64,000 nucleotides of DNA. Source: a virus (taxonomy: Duplodnaviria > Caudoviricetes). Numbering within the stretch: position 1 is the stretch's first letter; the number at the start of each line of letters is the position of its first letter. Location of the stretch: positions 1 through 64,000 of the IMG/VR virus record IMGVR_UViG_3300033075_001751. One strand, given 5' to 3'. Shown here in pieces: positions 39,477 to 49,937 of this stretch. Below the pieces are notes generated by a model. It saw only the letters and a program-made list of their open reading frames with translations, was not told the DNA's origin and did not search any database. The translations under genes and the position numbers were made by a program.

Positions 39477-42400
39477 TCAACAAGTTTTTTCGTCTTTCAT
39501 TTTTTGCAAAAGCTCATCTTCGGAAAGCTCGTCTGCTTCTTTGATAAGTTCGTCTATGTTATCTGCGGCAACTTGAGCTTGATACCCTTTGTTCGCAAGT
39601 GATTGGTCTTGAGGTGTTACTACCTCTTCCGAAACTGGTGTCAGTTCTTTTTCTTTCTGTTCAATCATTTCACTTATTTCGATAGATGAGACACCGCCAG
39701 TCGCTTCTGCGTCTCCTGTCGAGAACGCTTCCATAGCTTCCTGCTTTACTTCTGCAAGTTCGTCAAGTGAACCTGCATTTGCAACTTGTTCAGCGATAGA
39801 GTTTTCTCCAAGAGGAGAAAGCGTACTGCGCCGGTTAGCTTCCGCATTGAGAATAGCTTCCAAAGATACACCCGTAGTTTGCTTTACAGTCTTTTCAATC
39901 TCTTTGAGTTGATCGCGCAATGAGATTTTTCTGCTGTTGAGATCTCCGTAAAAAGTAGTATCGCTTTTACTGTTTACAGATCCTACGCCGGCAGGATAAG
40001 ACAAAATGAAATCTGCAATGGCATCTTCAATTTCACGTTCACTATTTCCTATACCTTCGTTGAGAAGACTGGCTGCTACACTGGATAAAGTGTCATTATC
40101 TTCATCGGCATTTTTGAAATACCGGTTCATCTGAGAAGTCACTTTGCTTTTACCAACATGACCTTCAAGACTTTTCTTGGATACTGTGATGCCGCCATCG
40201 GATACGATTTGAGCATGCACCGGATCAAGTAAGGTCAAGTCATCCAATTCTGCAAGTTCTTGTGTAATGCGAGCATGATCTTGAATAAGAATGTAAATAT
40301 CCCGAGGAGCTTCTTGTTCTTCTCCAGAAAAAGCTCCTTCGAATGGTTCTTCGATTTGAGTCTGAGGTTGGACCGGGGCAGTTTTCTTTTCTACAGGTTG
40401 ATTCGAGCGAACATCAGAAATAGCCTTTCTAATGAAAGCTTCCATTGCCGGTGTGAAATTCAATCTTGGAGCAAACGGACCTTGTGTTTTTGCTGCTTCT
40501 TTCCACCAGGTAATCAAAGCATCCGCATCGTCCGGTGACAGTTCTCCAGAAAGAATCTCAGCCTGTATTTTTACGCTTGTCTCTTTCGGGTCCAGCCCAT
40601 AGTTTTCAAACCTGCGGTACAGCTTTTCTCCAAGAGGAGCTCTTGCTTTGGCTTCTTCTATTTCTCTTGCCTGTTCTGCAAGACCATCCATGAAAGGATC
40701 ACTTGTAGGAATTTCAGCTACAGGTTCAACCGGTAATGGTTGTTCTTCGATTTGAGGTTCAGCTGCTTCTAATACTTTTGGATTGATTACTCGTCCTTCA
40801 ACATCATCTTTTGCAGTGAGACCAATCAGTTCAAGTCTTCCGTCGTCTTTGTTTTTGAGGATGTATGCTTCTTGAGTAGACATGTCTCCGGGTTCATACG
40901 ATACCTTGATCGGAATAATCGCAAGTTCTTGAGCAACTAGACCATGTGTATTTGCAAGCAGGATGCGGTAAAGAGAAAGCTGATCAGTGTGTTTTTCTCG
41001 GTTCGATCTCTTTCCATCAAAACGATAATCGTAGTAAGAAGCATCCGACGTTCCGACAGCTTGGGCTTCAAGTTGGTTTTTACGCATGGATTTCATGTCG
41101 TAAATACGAACCACACCCATGTTGTCTACGGTCATGATGTCAACAGTACCGGCAAGTTTAAGCTGATCGTTGTACAAAACGATACCGGATGACATAACCT
41201 GCTCGTTCCTTGACTCAAAGAATTTCTTCAGTTCTTGAAGATCTTTGATGAAAGAATTGAACGTTGCTTCAGACGTATCATTACCCTGATCATCTTTGGA
41301 TTGAATCTTGGGAGAGACAACAAAGTATTCTCCCAAACTCAAGTCCATGAGAATAGTACCGCTTGGTCCCTTTGCGGATATCCTATTAGGGGTATTACCC
41401 TTACCTTTGATAAAAGCGTTTACTATGAATTTGTCTCCTCTTCCATTTACAATCTCGGTACCTTCTTTGAGATTTTTTTGATTCTCGGCGGTTACTGGAA
41501 TCCGGTGTCTGTAGTTAGACCAGACCATGGGTTTACCGTCGAAGAAGTCCCTTGTGATTTCGTCAATTGAGTTTCCGATTGTACTTGCAGATGGTCCCCA
41601 TTCCTCACCAATACCTTTTCCATCAGATCCGACAGAAGTTACCCGGTCATACAGTTGACCTGTTCTTTGATTTACATACTTGCTAGTAGCCCATTTTTTG
41701 AAATGCTCATCGGTATGTTCAAGAATTTTATTTGTGATCAAATACTGAAGATAGTCATCTAACGCAGCTGCAAGAAGTTCATCTTCGCCAAGTTGTTCAA
41801 AAGTGAATGTACTTGAAAGAAGTGTAATAAACGAAGCATTCTCTTTTACTTCATTGATGACTTGTTGGACCGATCGATTGACAGGAACCGCAGGTACAGG
41901 AGTTGGTGTAGGTTTGGAATCTAATGCAGCAATTTCAGCATCATACTTATCATTGATTTCTTTTTCTAAAGCCTCATATTTCAATGCGTTATCAAACTGT
42001 TCTTTTGTAACGTGAGACAATCTTTCGTCTTCCCTAAGTTCTTTTATCAAGTCTTTATTACCTTGAGCATAAGCAACTGTTGTTCCATCGCGACGTATAA
42101 ACTCAGCTGTATAGACTGTATAATTATCCCCTTCAAAAGAACCCTTTACTATATAGTAAGGTACTTTTTCGTTTAGTTCTTTATACCTTCTTTCTTGAAT
42201 TGCTTCTATTTTAGCATCTTTTTCAGAAACAACTGTAGCTGGCTTCTCTTCTTGAACAACAGGTGGTTGACCAATGTGATAATCAGTTTCATCCAGCAAT
42301 GAGATCGGCGAGAGTGATCCCATCTTGTCATTGGGATCCACCGGTATAGCCCTGACGTATCCTCCTGTAAGATTACCCGCTTTATCCCGGACAGGTTTTA

Positions 42401-45400
42401 CTTCCTCGACTCGCATCTGTTTGGAGCCAGTAGGAAAATCCTCATCATCAGCAAATGGAGAAATGACAGTTACAATATCTCCTACTTGGGGAACATCTGT
42501 TTGTACAGAAGGTGTCGGCGGTGTTGGTGTAACAGGAGGAGCAGGTGGAAGTGGAACCGGTGTATTTTGAACTACTGGTACAGCAGTACCAAGTTCGGTC
42601 AATACAATTGCAGCCAAACCTGCAAGCAAAGGTTCGTCATTGACTACTCCGGCTCTTACCAAAATTTTCCTGAGTTCTCCTCCCTGTCCGTTTTTACCGA
42701 TAAGAACTTCTCGTTGCTTTTCAGGAGTAGCAGACTTGAACGTAGGTGTATTTTGCACAAGTGTAAACAGTGCAACAATATCTTTTATGACCTGTTCCCG
42801 TTTTGCTCTTGCTTGAGGATCTCTGGCAGCAAGTTCAGGTGAATTGAGTAATCTTACCAAAAGGACTTGCTCGAACGTAGGTCCGGAAGAACTTACTCGT
42901 TGTTGCGATACAGGTTGTGCGGCAGGTGCAGGAGTTACCGGTGGGGCGACTGGTGGTTGCAGTTGATTCAGCAGTGTTGTTGCTGTGGTGCTTTTCTTCA
43001 ACCATTCTTCGAAAGTAGGATAGTCTTTTTCAACTTCCGGATCAGCTACAATCGCTGCCATATAAGCATCACGTAATGCTTTTTCCGTAGCTGCAGTCAT
43101 CTGAACAGGTGGAGCAACAGGAGCAGCTACAGGAGCCTGGACAGGGGCAGCAACCCTACCTTCAGCCTGCATCCATTTGTCAATGATTTCAGCTGCTTTC
43201 TTGTGTTTAGGTGAATTCTTTGCAATAGGTTGATGTCCTACAGCGTCATAAAACGTTTCCGGAATTACATTCTTTTCCAGCATTTTAAGCATGGACTCAG
43301 GTTCGAAGTAAATTCCTTCAGCTGTAAGTAGCGAAATTAGTTCGTTGGTTGACTTCTTTTTCAACCATTTCTTCAAAGACTTTTCAATGTGCTTTGCACG
43401 GTTCTTGTGTATTTCACCAAGTGTTGCAGCATGTATTTGAGCAAGTCTGGTAAACGATTCCGGGTTGTGAAACTGATTGACTACGGTCGATAGTACTTGA
43501 GCATCTTCGGACAAGCGCAAAAAGTCTACGTATTGTTCAAAAGACTTTGCAACATTCTCATCCAAATTGAATGTACCCCATTTGGTAATTCGTTTCAGAT
43601 AAGCGTTGTACGATTTCTTCAGTGCTTTGTGGGCAAGCTTTGCAGCATTCTCATCAATCTTTTCTTCTTTGGTACCTTTCTCTCTTGCTTTTTCATTGCG
43701 AGCTTGTGCTGCAGCAAGCTCTTTCATTACTTTTTTGTAGTTGTCGCGCGCGGTGTGGAATTCGTTTAAAGCAACAAGTTTCTTTTTGAGTTTAGCTGCT
43801 TCTTTACGAGCTGCAGCATCACCTTGAGAAAGGACCGCAACTTGCTTGATAAGATTTTTCATTTCATCGCTGGCATTCTCTTCGTCAAAAATGAGAGAAT
43901 AGTCCAACGCATTCACATCGGTAAGACCGGCATTTCCCAATGCAGTATTGGAAATAGAATCCATACGCTCAAGAGCCTGGTCAAATGCACGCCGATTAAA
44001 CACAACTTGAAGTTGAGCTCCTCGCCAGCCATGAAAACCCATTACTTCTTGTTCGTATTCCGGTGTACCAGGTTTGTAAAGTTTCGGATCAAAAGGGTTG
44101 ACAAAGTTTTCATTGACTGCTTTGAATCGCGCAGTCATCTCTTTTACATCTGCAATACTTTTGTCGATACGCTGATAAAGATCGGTAGGATCATCAGCTT
44201 GCAATCCGAATGCTTCTTTGAGTTCTTCAGCTGTCAGGTCTTTGAGGGAAGCAAGTTGCTTGATAAGCAGATCGGTCTTACCGCTATGGAAAAGAGTATG
44301 GACGTGTTTAAGGAGAGCTTCATCTACTGTATCACGACCTACTTTTTGATCTCCTTCAACTTCGTTCATCAAAGTATGGACATCCAGTTGCTCGACCATT
44401 CCGTTAGAAATCGCATCAAAGTATTTTGCGGGATCTTTGTACAGATCGTTCATCGCGTTGAGAAGCTCTGTCTCGGCTTTCTCTTTTTGTTCGCGCATAG
44501 CCTTGAACTGTTCAGGCTTGGTGAACTTCATGTACTGACGGGTACTTTGATTTGCAATCCATTTTGGACCTTGCATCATTGTACCCATCAAAAAACCGGA
44601 AGCGAATACTTCAGCTCCTTCTGCGGAAAACTGCGAAGCTACTCCCTTGGAAACACTGTCCCACATGAGAGCACTGTTGAGCTTGGTACCCTCCCGGTCC
44701 GGATGTTCCATTTGGTTAAGGTAGTAGTTTTTGACCCCGACCTGAAGAGCTTCTTGAATTGATTCTTGGAAACCTTCTGCAAAGTTTGCTGCACTATACC
44801 GGAGGGAACCTTTTGCAATTGCTTTCGGAAGGTTTTGCCAGTAGGCTTTTGTGCCAAGGGCTTTCATTCCTTTTGCTGCAAACTCAAAAGGATCTTTACC
44901 CAGTTCTTTCCATCCTTTGTTTCGAATGATGTTTCTGGAAAAACCGGAAGATTCCAGCTCTTGCATTACTGCCCGAGGACCGATACCTCTTACTGCACGC
45001 TCAAGTACAATTTTGTTTGTGAGAAAGATTGCCGGCATGTTCAAGAATGCGGTTGCGCGTCCAGCTTGCTTTGCCTGACTTGCAATCATCTCGGCTTCTT
45101 TACCTTCAGGAAGTCTTCCGTTCTTTTCGTAAAAGTTACGAGAAAGTTCATCGTAAGTATCTGTCTCGGTAAATCCCCCTTCCAATTGGGATTCGGTTAA
45201 TACCGATCGCATCGCACGCAAGTCCCGGTAGAAAGCTCCTACTCCGTTTTTCATTTTTGCAAACTCGCTGATCGAATTTGCAGCACGCGCAGCGTCGGTC
45301 ATACCTGCAAGTTTGTCACCTTGCATCAGAAGTTTGGTTGTGTTTTCCATAGGATTCAAGACATTCAATGCTCCCTTACCTATTGTTTTTGCACTGTTCC

Positions 45401-46097
45401 AAAACGTTCTTGCGTCTTGTGCGGTATTGATTGCACGAAAAATATCCCGAGTATTGGAAAGAGTACGCCCCAATCTACCAAGCTGCATAGCATGTCGTGC
45501 TTCCATTGGACCGTGCAAAGGTGTACTGGCACCACCAGTCAATGCATCAAGTCCGACCAAAGCAGCTTCTTCCAACAGCATTTCACCAAGGATACCGAAT
45601 GTATAAGCACTGTTGCCGGCAAGGTTCGTAACAAATCCTCCTACACCACCACGAGACGAGTTTGCAATGGACATTGATTTTTCCATTGCCGCGGAAGCTT
45701 CTGTATTTCCGTCAGCAGTAAGATTGAAAAAACCGGTAGCATTGTCCCATGCTGCACGCCCAACCATCCCCGGAATCTCTTTTGCTGCACGCCAAAAGTC
45801 ATCTGTCCAGGATGAGTTTTCGTTGTATTTTGTTTCGTTGTCGATGTATGGATCGAAACCCAACTTTGAGAAAGAAGGATGCGAGTAGTATCGCTCAAAG
45901 TTTTGACCGCGATGATTCGTACCAAATGCATGCTCTTTTGCAAAGTGCATTTGATCTTGGGATCCTGCAGACTTGAGTTTTTGCTCAAAGTTGAAACCTG
46001 GTGCAGTAGCAGGTACCGGCGACATCAAAGGCTCGCCGGTAGTGACTGCTTGTTTGCTTTGGTAAAGACTTTCGATGGGTGACTTAACCTCTTCCAT
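39477..46097 (-). CDS. giant virion ejection/cargo protein (2206 aa) with PD-(D/E)XK nuclease domain
   Basis: Helical Ala/Gly-rich N-terminal half, Pro-rich linkers, LAGTVDI...IYDMKS...QLSLY nuclease motifs at ~40950-41160. Confidence 0.8.
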   Translation of the reverse strand: MEEVKSPIESLYQSKQAVTTGEPLMSPVPATAPGFNFEQKLKSAGSQDQMHFAKEHAFGTNHRGQNFERYYSHPSFSKLGFDPYIDNETKYNENSSWTDDFWRAAKEIPGMVGRAAWDNATGFFNLTADGNTEASAAMEKSMSIANSSRGGVGGFVTNLAGNSAYTFGILGEMLLEEAALVGLDALTGGASTPLHGPMEARHAMQLGRLGRTLSNTRDIFRAINTAQDARTFWNSAKTIGKGALNVLNPMENTTKLLMQGDKLAGMTDAARAANSISEFAKMKNGVGAFYRDLRAMRSVLTESQLEGGFTETDTYDELSRNFYEKNGRLPEGKEAEMIASQAKQAGRATAFLNMPAIFLTNKIVLERAVRGIGPRAVMQELESSGFSRNIIRNKGWKELGKDPFEFAAKGMKALGTKAYWQNLPKAIAKGSLRYSAANFAEGFQESIQEALQVGVKNYYLNQMEHPDREGTKLNSALMWDSVSKGVASQFSAEGAEVFASGFLMGTMMQGPKWIANQSTRQYMKFTKPEQFKAMREQKEKAETELLNAMNDLYKDPAKYFDAISNGMVEQLDVHTLMNEVEGDQKVGRDTVDEALLKHVHTLFHSGKTDLLIKQLASLKDLTAEELKEAFGLQADDPTDLYQRIDKSIADVKEMTARFKAVNENFVNPFDPKLYKPGTPEYEQEVMGFHGWRGAQLQVVFNRRAFDQALERMDSISNTALGNAGLTDVNALDYSLIFDEENASDEMKNLIKQVAVLSQGDAAARKEAAKLKKKLVALNEFHTARDNYKKVMKELAAAQARNEKAREKGTKEEKIDENAAKLAHKALKKSYNAYLKRITKWGTFNLDENVAKSFEQYVDFLRLSEDAQVLSTVVNQFHNPESFTRLAQIHAATLGEIHKNRAKHIEKSLKKWLKKKSTNELISLLTAEGIYFEPESMLKMLEKNVIPETFYDAVGHQPIAKNSPKHKKAAEIIDKWMQAEGRVAAPVQAPVAAPVAPPVQMTAATEKALRDAYMAAIVADPEVEKDYPTFEEWLKKSTTATTLLNQLQPPVAPPVTPAPAAQPVSQQRVSSSGPTFEQVLLVRLLNSPELAARDPQARAKREQVIKDIVALFTLVQNTPTFKSATPEKQREVLIGKNGQGGELRKILVRAGVVNDEPLLAGLAAIVLTELGTAVPVVQNTPVPLPPAPPVTPTPPTPSVQTDVPQVGDIVTVISPFADDEDFPTGSKQMRVEEVKPVRDKAGNLTGGYVRAIPVDPNDKMGSLSPISLLDETDYHIGQPPVVQEEKPATVVSEKDAKIEAIQERRYKELNEKVPYYIVKGSFEGDNYTVYTAEFIRRDGTTVAYAQGNKDLIKELREDERLSHVTKEQFDNALKYEALEKEINDKYDAEIAALDSKPTPTPVPAVPVNRSVQQVINEVKENASFITLLSSTFTFEQLGEDELLAAALDDYLQYLITNKILEHTDEHFKKWATSKYVNQRTGQLYDRVTSVGSDGKGIGEEWGPSASTIGNSIDEITRDFFDGKPMVWSNYRHRIPVTAENQKNLKEGTEIVNGRGDKFIVNAFIKGKGNTPNRISAKGPSGTILMDLSLGEYFVVSPKIQSKDDQGNDTSEATFNSFIKDLQELKKFFESRNEQVMSSGIVLYNDQLKLAGTVDIMTVDNMGVVRIYDMKSMRKNQLEAQAVGTSDASYYDYRFDGKRSNREKHTDQLSLYRILLANTHGLVAQELAIIPIKVSYEPGDMSTQEAYILKNKDDGRLELIGLTAKDDVEGRVINPKVLEAAEPQIEEQPLPVEPVAEIPTSDPFMDGLAEQAREIEEAKARAPLGEKLYRRFENYGLDPKETSVKIQAEILSGELSPDDADALITWWKEAAKTQGPFAPRLNFTPAMEAFIRKAISDVRSNQPVEKKTAPVQPQTQIEEPFEGAFSGEEQEAPRDIYILIQDHARITQELAELDDLTLLDPVHAQIVSDGGITVSKKSLEGHVGKSKVTSQMNRYFKNADEDNDTLSSVAASLLNEGIGNSEREIEDAIADFILSYPAGVGSVNSKSDTTFYGDLNSRKISLRDQLKEIEKTVKQTTGVSLEAILNAEANRRSTLSPLGENSIAEQVANAGSLDELAEVKQEAMEAFSTGDAEATGGVSSIEISEMIEQKEKELTPVSEEVVTPQDQSLANKGYQAQVAADNIDELIKEADELSEDELLQKMKDEKTC

Positions 46098-49000
46098 TTG
46101 CTGTTTCTTTTTTGCTCATTCTCAACTGTCTGACCCTTGTCGCATTTTCCATGAGACTGGATTCGATCCCTTGTACCAAACCGGTTGTAGTAAAAGGCTT
46201 GGTAAATGTCGTAATTGGGATCTTGATAATTTGTCCATTGGGAGTTACGTCAAGACTATATCCTTCAACAACAAAACCGTTTGCTCCGCGATAAACGGAT
46301 ACCTTTCCTCCGTTAGGTTGATTAAGTACGATCGGATTCATTTGATTCGACATGTTCAACCGTGCATCTTCCGGGTCAGTTTGAATTTGACGTACAAGAG
46401 CAAGGTTTCCAGCGTCTCCTTTATTTGCGGTAAACGTAATACCGTTCATCAGTAGCTTTTCTTCTTTTTCAGTAAAAAGACCAGGTTTCGTTTTTGTTCC
46501 TTTGTTAGCAAGAATGAAAGCAGGGTCAGCGCGAAATGTGAATCCGACACTGTAGGGATCACCGCCGGTTATTCCAGACATTTCGAACTTACCTCTTGCT
46601 CGTCCGAGCTCATCATCTTTTGCAAGTCCCGGGTCTCTGAATACAGATCCTACTTTTTCCCAAAGCTGACGAGCTTCATCATCGTTTTCAAGCTCACCTT
46701 GACCGATTGTTTTAACTGAACCGAATTGATATTTTCCTTGGAGTCCTTGGCTGTTTGTCATCACTTCATGGATGGCAGTAAAGTCAGGATCAATGTAATT
46801 TGCCTGATCTACAGCATAGGTGCGAATACCTGCAGTTCCTCCGCCGGCTCCATTTCCCAACAACGGAGATCCGTTCCATTGTTTTGCTACTGCACCGGAA
46901 CCGTCTGGAGACTGGAAGTTTCCGTTGTATGTTTCGTAAAATTTGGAATTGATCTTGTCATATACGGAAGAAGCTGCTTTCATTTCGTTCTGTACTCGAA
47001 AATTGTGCAGATCGACCAATCCCGGCATAGAGAAATTTCCTGCTTCCTCTGGTTGACTTACAAGTCTATCGCGATATCTTTTCCATTGATACTTCCAGCT
47101 TTCTGCTGTTTGATCATGAGCAATGCGAGTTGAGGGATCCATTGAATTCAGTCTTGCAAGCATGTTGTCTGCAAGAGCAATTGCTTTGGATGTATATCCC
47201 GGTGCGTAAACGTTATTGTTTTGCTTTTGAAAACTTGCAAGTTGATCGTTGATTGTTTTTGTGTATTGTTCAAATTGATTGCGTTCAGGATTGATGTTTT
47301 TTGCAACAAACTCTTGACGGTCAATAATCTTTCCGTCTTGAACAAACATTGAAACTTTGTCAGCACCGACACCCTCCACTTTTCCTTGAATGTACTGCGC
47401 TACACTTTGGTTTTGACGCTTGCTGAAATCGTCAAAGCTTTTCCAATCGTTGTGAGCACGCTTTACCTGTTGGCTCTGTTGTTGATACTCCATCAGTTTA
47501 GCTTCAGGAACTTCCAGAATCTTACCTGAAGCTTTTACAGATGCATCAGCTTCAGCATAGGCTTTGCTACTGTTGCGCAAAGATTCCTGGGCTCTTTGGT
47601 AAATGGCTCCGGTCGATCCTTCATCGGAATCATAAAAGAAATTCTGCACTCCTTTTTCAAAGTGAAGTTTTTTCAATGCCACGACTACGTTTGCCTCTCC
47701 TCCAAGTTGAGCACTCATCTTGTTGAAGTATGCTTCGCCGACAATCTTTTTGATTTCACCCATTGCAACTTTGCGCTGCTCCGGAGTACTGCCATTTTCA
47801 AATGTCGAAACCAAAGTTGACATCCAATCGTTGGTCAAGGTGTTGGCTGCAGCTATGGCAGAAGCTTTTGAGGTTTCTACTTTCTTGTAGTTCTCTTCAT
47901 AGACCTTGTATTTCTCGGTATCGGTTGAATTACCTACACCTCCTGTTTCTATCGACATGGAAGGATGGTTTGATCCGCCGTTTCCTGTAGTCGTTGTCGA
48001 AGCTCCCCCGAATCCGGTAGGTTGCCCGGTACCAGGATAACCGGGTGCGGTTGTTGTACCTGATCCTTTACCTGATCCTGAAGACATCATCAGACGCATT
48101 GTTTTCATCTGATCGAATGCATCAGGAGAATGTGCATCAATTCCATACTTTGCGTATTCAAGAAACAAGTCTGTTTCAGCACGGGCTTTTATTTCCGACA
48201 TTTGGTTTGCGTGATTGACCGCAGCAAGAGCAAAAGGATCTGCTTCTGCTTCCTGTTCCATTGTCAGTTGAGAGTACGCTCTTGCTGCATGGGAAAGATC
48301 ATTCAACATAAGATAGTTTGCAGATGCACCGTCTACACGCATGCGTTTTGCGTCAAGATCAAGTTGACCCATTCCGCTTACGTTTACATGCTGGAGAATC
48401 GTTTCTGCATTTGCTTTGGTTGCAGATACAGCTTTTTCATCCATGTGAAGTTGAGCTGCAAGGTCAGCAATGTCTTTGTCCAACTCTGGATCGTAGGTAT
48501 AAGACTGCATTGCTTTTTCGGCAAGAGTTTTCTTTGCTGCGATCGATTCGAGTTTTGGTTGGGTTTGGGCAACAACTTCTTTTGCATCCATTTCCATTGC
48601 AGCAAGACTCATGTCAAGGTATGCTGCTTCTGCAAGTTCGGCTGAAGGATACTGATCCAGTGTAGAAGCTATCGCGTCTTTTCGAGTAAGGTATGCCTGG
48701 GTACGATACATCTCTTGGACCGCTGCATCATTTCCAAATACCGATAGAAATGTATCCCTCAGATCAGCTTCCATGGGCTGACCGTTTTTGGTAGTGATGA
48801 TGTAACCTCCTTCTTTGGAAGTAGTGGTCATTGACAACCCCATGTCTTTTGCCCACTTCATTGCTTTTTCTGCAACGTTGACGAAAGGAGTGTAGCGTGG
48901 TGCTTGCATGGTCAAAGACTTTTCACGCGGAGCTGCGGCAAAATCATCCACCTGATAAGTCAATGCTCTAATACCACCTTCCCAAAACTTTGGCTCCCCT

Positions 49001-49392
49001 TCTTTTGGAACAGTGTTACGCAAGGATTCAGCTCTTCCCAATTCAGCTTGAACCTGTTTGGTGAATGCGATATCCTTCATGATGAACGGATCATCTGAAA
49101 GAGGTTTGAATATTTTTTGAGCAGATGTGATGTTTTGTTCCAACGACAAGTCATAGCCGGCAAGCTTCTTGATGTCTGATTCGATTTTGTCGAAGTACTT
49201 GGATCGGGCTTCTTTGTTATCTTCCCTGATCATAGGGGAGTTGTAAAGTGATCCATATAATCCGCTAATCTTCTGATAGCCAGCTTGATACTGCGCTTCC
49301 TTCATGGAAAGGATTTGCTGATACGAAGTGAGGTCCGGTTGGAACTCAGGTACCGTCGGAACAAACGGTTGGGGATTATTGTAACTTGCCAT
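46084..49392 (-). CDS. large virion cargo/structural protein (~1100 aa)
   Basis: Likely start MASYNNPQ at 49392; helical, Cys-free, Gly/Thr linker; in virion operon. Confidence 0.7.
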   Translation of the reverse strand: MASYNNPQPFVPTVPEFQPDLTSYQQILSMKEAQYQAGYQKISGLYGSLYNSPMIREDNKEARSKYFDKIESDIKKLAGYDLSLEQNITSAQKIFKPLSDDPFIMKDIAFTKQVQAELGRAESLRNTVPKEGEPKFWEGGIRALTYQVDDFAAAPREKSLTMQAPRYTPFVNVAEKAMKWAKDMGLSMTTTSKEGGYIITTKNGQPMEADLRDTFLSVFGNDAAVQEMYRTQAYLTRKDAIASTLDQYPSAELAEAAYLDMSLAAMEMDAKEVVAQTQPKLESIAAKKTLAEKAMQSYTYDPELDKDIADLAAQLHMDEKAVSATKANAETILQHVNVSGMGQLDLDAKRMRVDGASANYLMLNDLSHAARAYSQLTMEQEAEADPFALAAVNHANQMSEIKARAETDLFLEYAKYGIDAHSPDAFDQMKTMRLMMSSGSGKGSGTTTAPGYPGTGQPTGFGGASTTTTGNGGSNHPSMSIETGGVGNSTDTEKYKVYEENYKKVETSKASAIAAANTLTNDWMSTLVSTFENGSTPEQRKVAMGEIKKIVGEAYFNKMSAQLGGEANVVVALKKLHFEKGVQNFFYDSDEGSTGAIYQRAQESLRNSSKAYAEADASVKASGKILEVPEAKLMEYQQQSQQVKRAHNDWKSFDDFSKRQNQSVAQYIQGKVEGVGADKVSMFVQDGKIIDRQEFVAKNINPERNQFEQYTKTINDQLASFQKQNNNVYAPGYTSKAIALADNMLARLNSMDPSTRIAHDQTAESWKYQWKRYRDRLVSQPEEAGNFSMPGLVDLHNFRVQNEMKAASSVYDKINSKFYETYNGNFQSPDGSGAVAKQWNGSPLLGNGAGGGTAGIRTYAVDQANYIDPDFTAIHEVMTNSQGLQGKYQFGSVKTIGQGELENDDEARQLWEKVGSVFRDPGLAKDDELGRARGKFEMSGITGGDPYSVGFTFRADPAFILANKGTKTKPGLFTEKEEKLLMNGITFTANKGDAGNLALVRQIQTDPEDARLNMSNQMNPIVLNQPNGGKVSVYRGANGFVVEGYSLDVTPNGQIIKIPITTFTKPFTTTGLVQGIESSLMENATRVRQLRMSKKETANGRG

Positions 49393-49571
49393 ACTCGAAA
49401 TTACACGATCTTTTTTATACAAATGAATTATGAAACTTTATGATTATCAAGATGTACATTCTTGAAATCTATATATGCTGTTTTCACTTTCTTCAAAAAC
49501 AGAAAAATAATTGCAAAAACAAACAGAAAAATATAAATTGCAGTTGAAAACAGTAAAAATAAAGCTAGAAA

Positions 49572-49937
49572 ATGGAAAGTAAAGGAAAGAAAAAGAAAGA
49601 AAAGGAAATCGTACATGACTCCCCAATCGGCGTAGAGAATGTAACTCCTGCTGGTAAAAAAGCAACCAGAGAGTATGAGTATGTGATTTCAAGAATATCG
49701 AGTCTTGGTAAGGAGATCAAGATTAGTCCCAAATCTCATTGTACTGTAAACAAGTCAGGTTTCAAAACAGAATTTTACGTGGAGACTGTAAACGTCTGTA
49801 TTGGAATTGGAACGGATCACAGTGCTGATCTCATCATGACAGTAGATGCATGGGAAGCATTGAATGCAGGTGAACCTTTGAGTATCACAACCGCAAAGGA
49901 ATTTAATGATAGATACGTTTACACAAAAAAAGCATGA
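49572..49937 (+). CDS. hypothetical protein
   Basis: ATG after AT-rich intergenic region; ATGA-coupled to HAD gene. Confidence 0.65.
   Translation: MESKGKKKKEKEIVHDSPIGVENVTPAGKKATREYEYVISRISSLGKEIKISPKSHCTVNKSGFKTEFYVETVNVCIGIGTDHSADLIMTVDAWEALNAGEPLSITTAKEFNDRYVYTKKA

Noticed and set aside
43824-44762. 312-aa + strand ORF and other long antisense ORFs (e.g. 15461-16171, 52269-52961)
   Set aside because: They lie wholly antisense to well-supported genes and have the F/L/C/H-rich composition typical of shadow frames.
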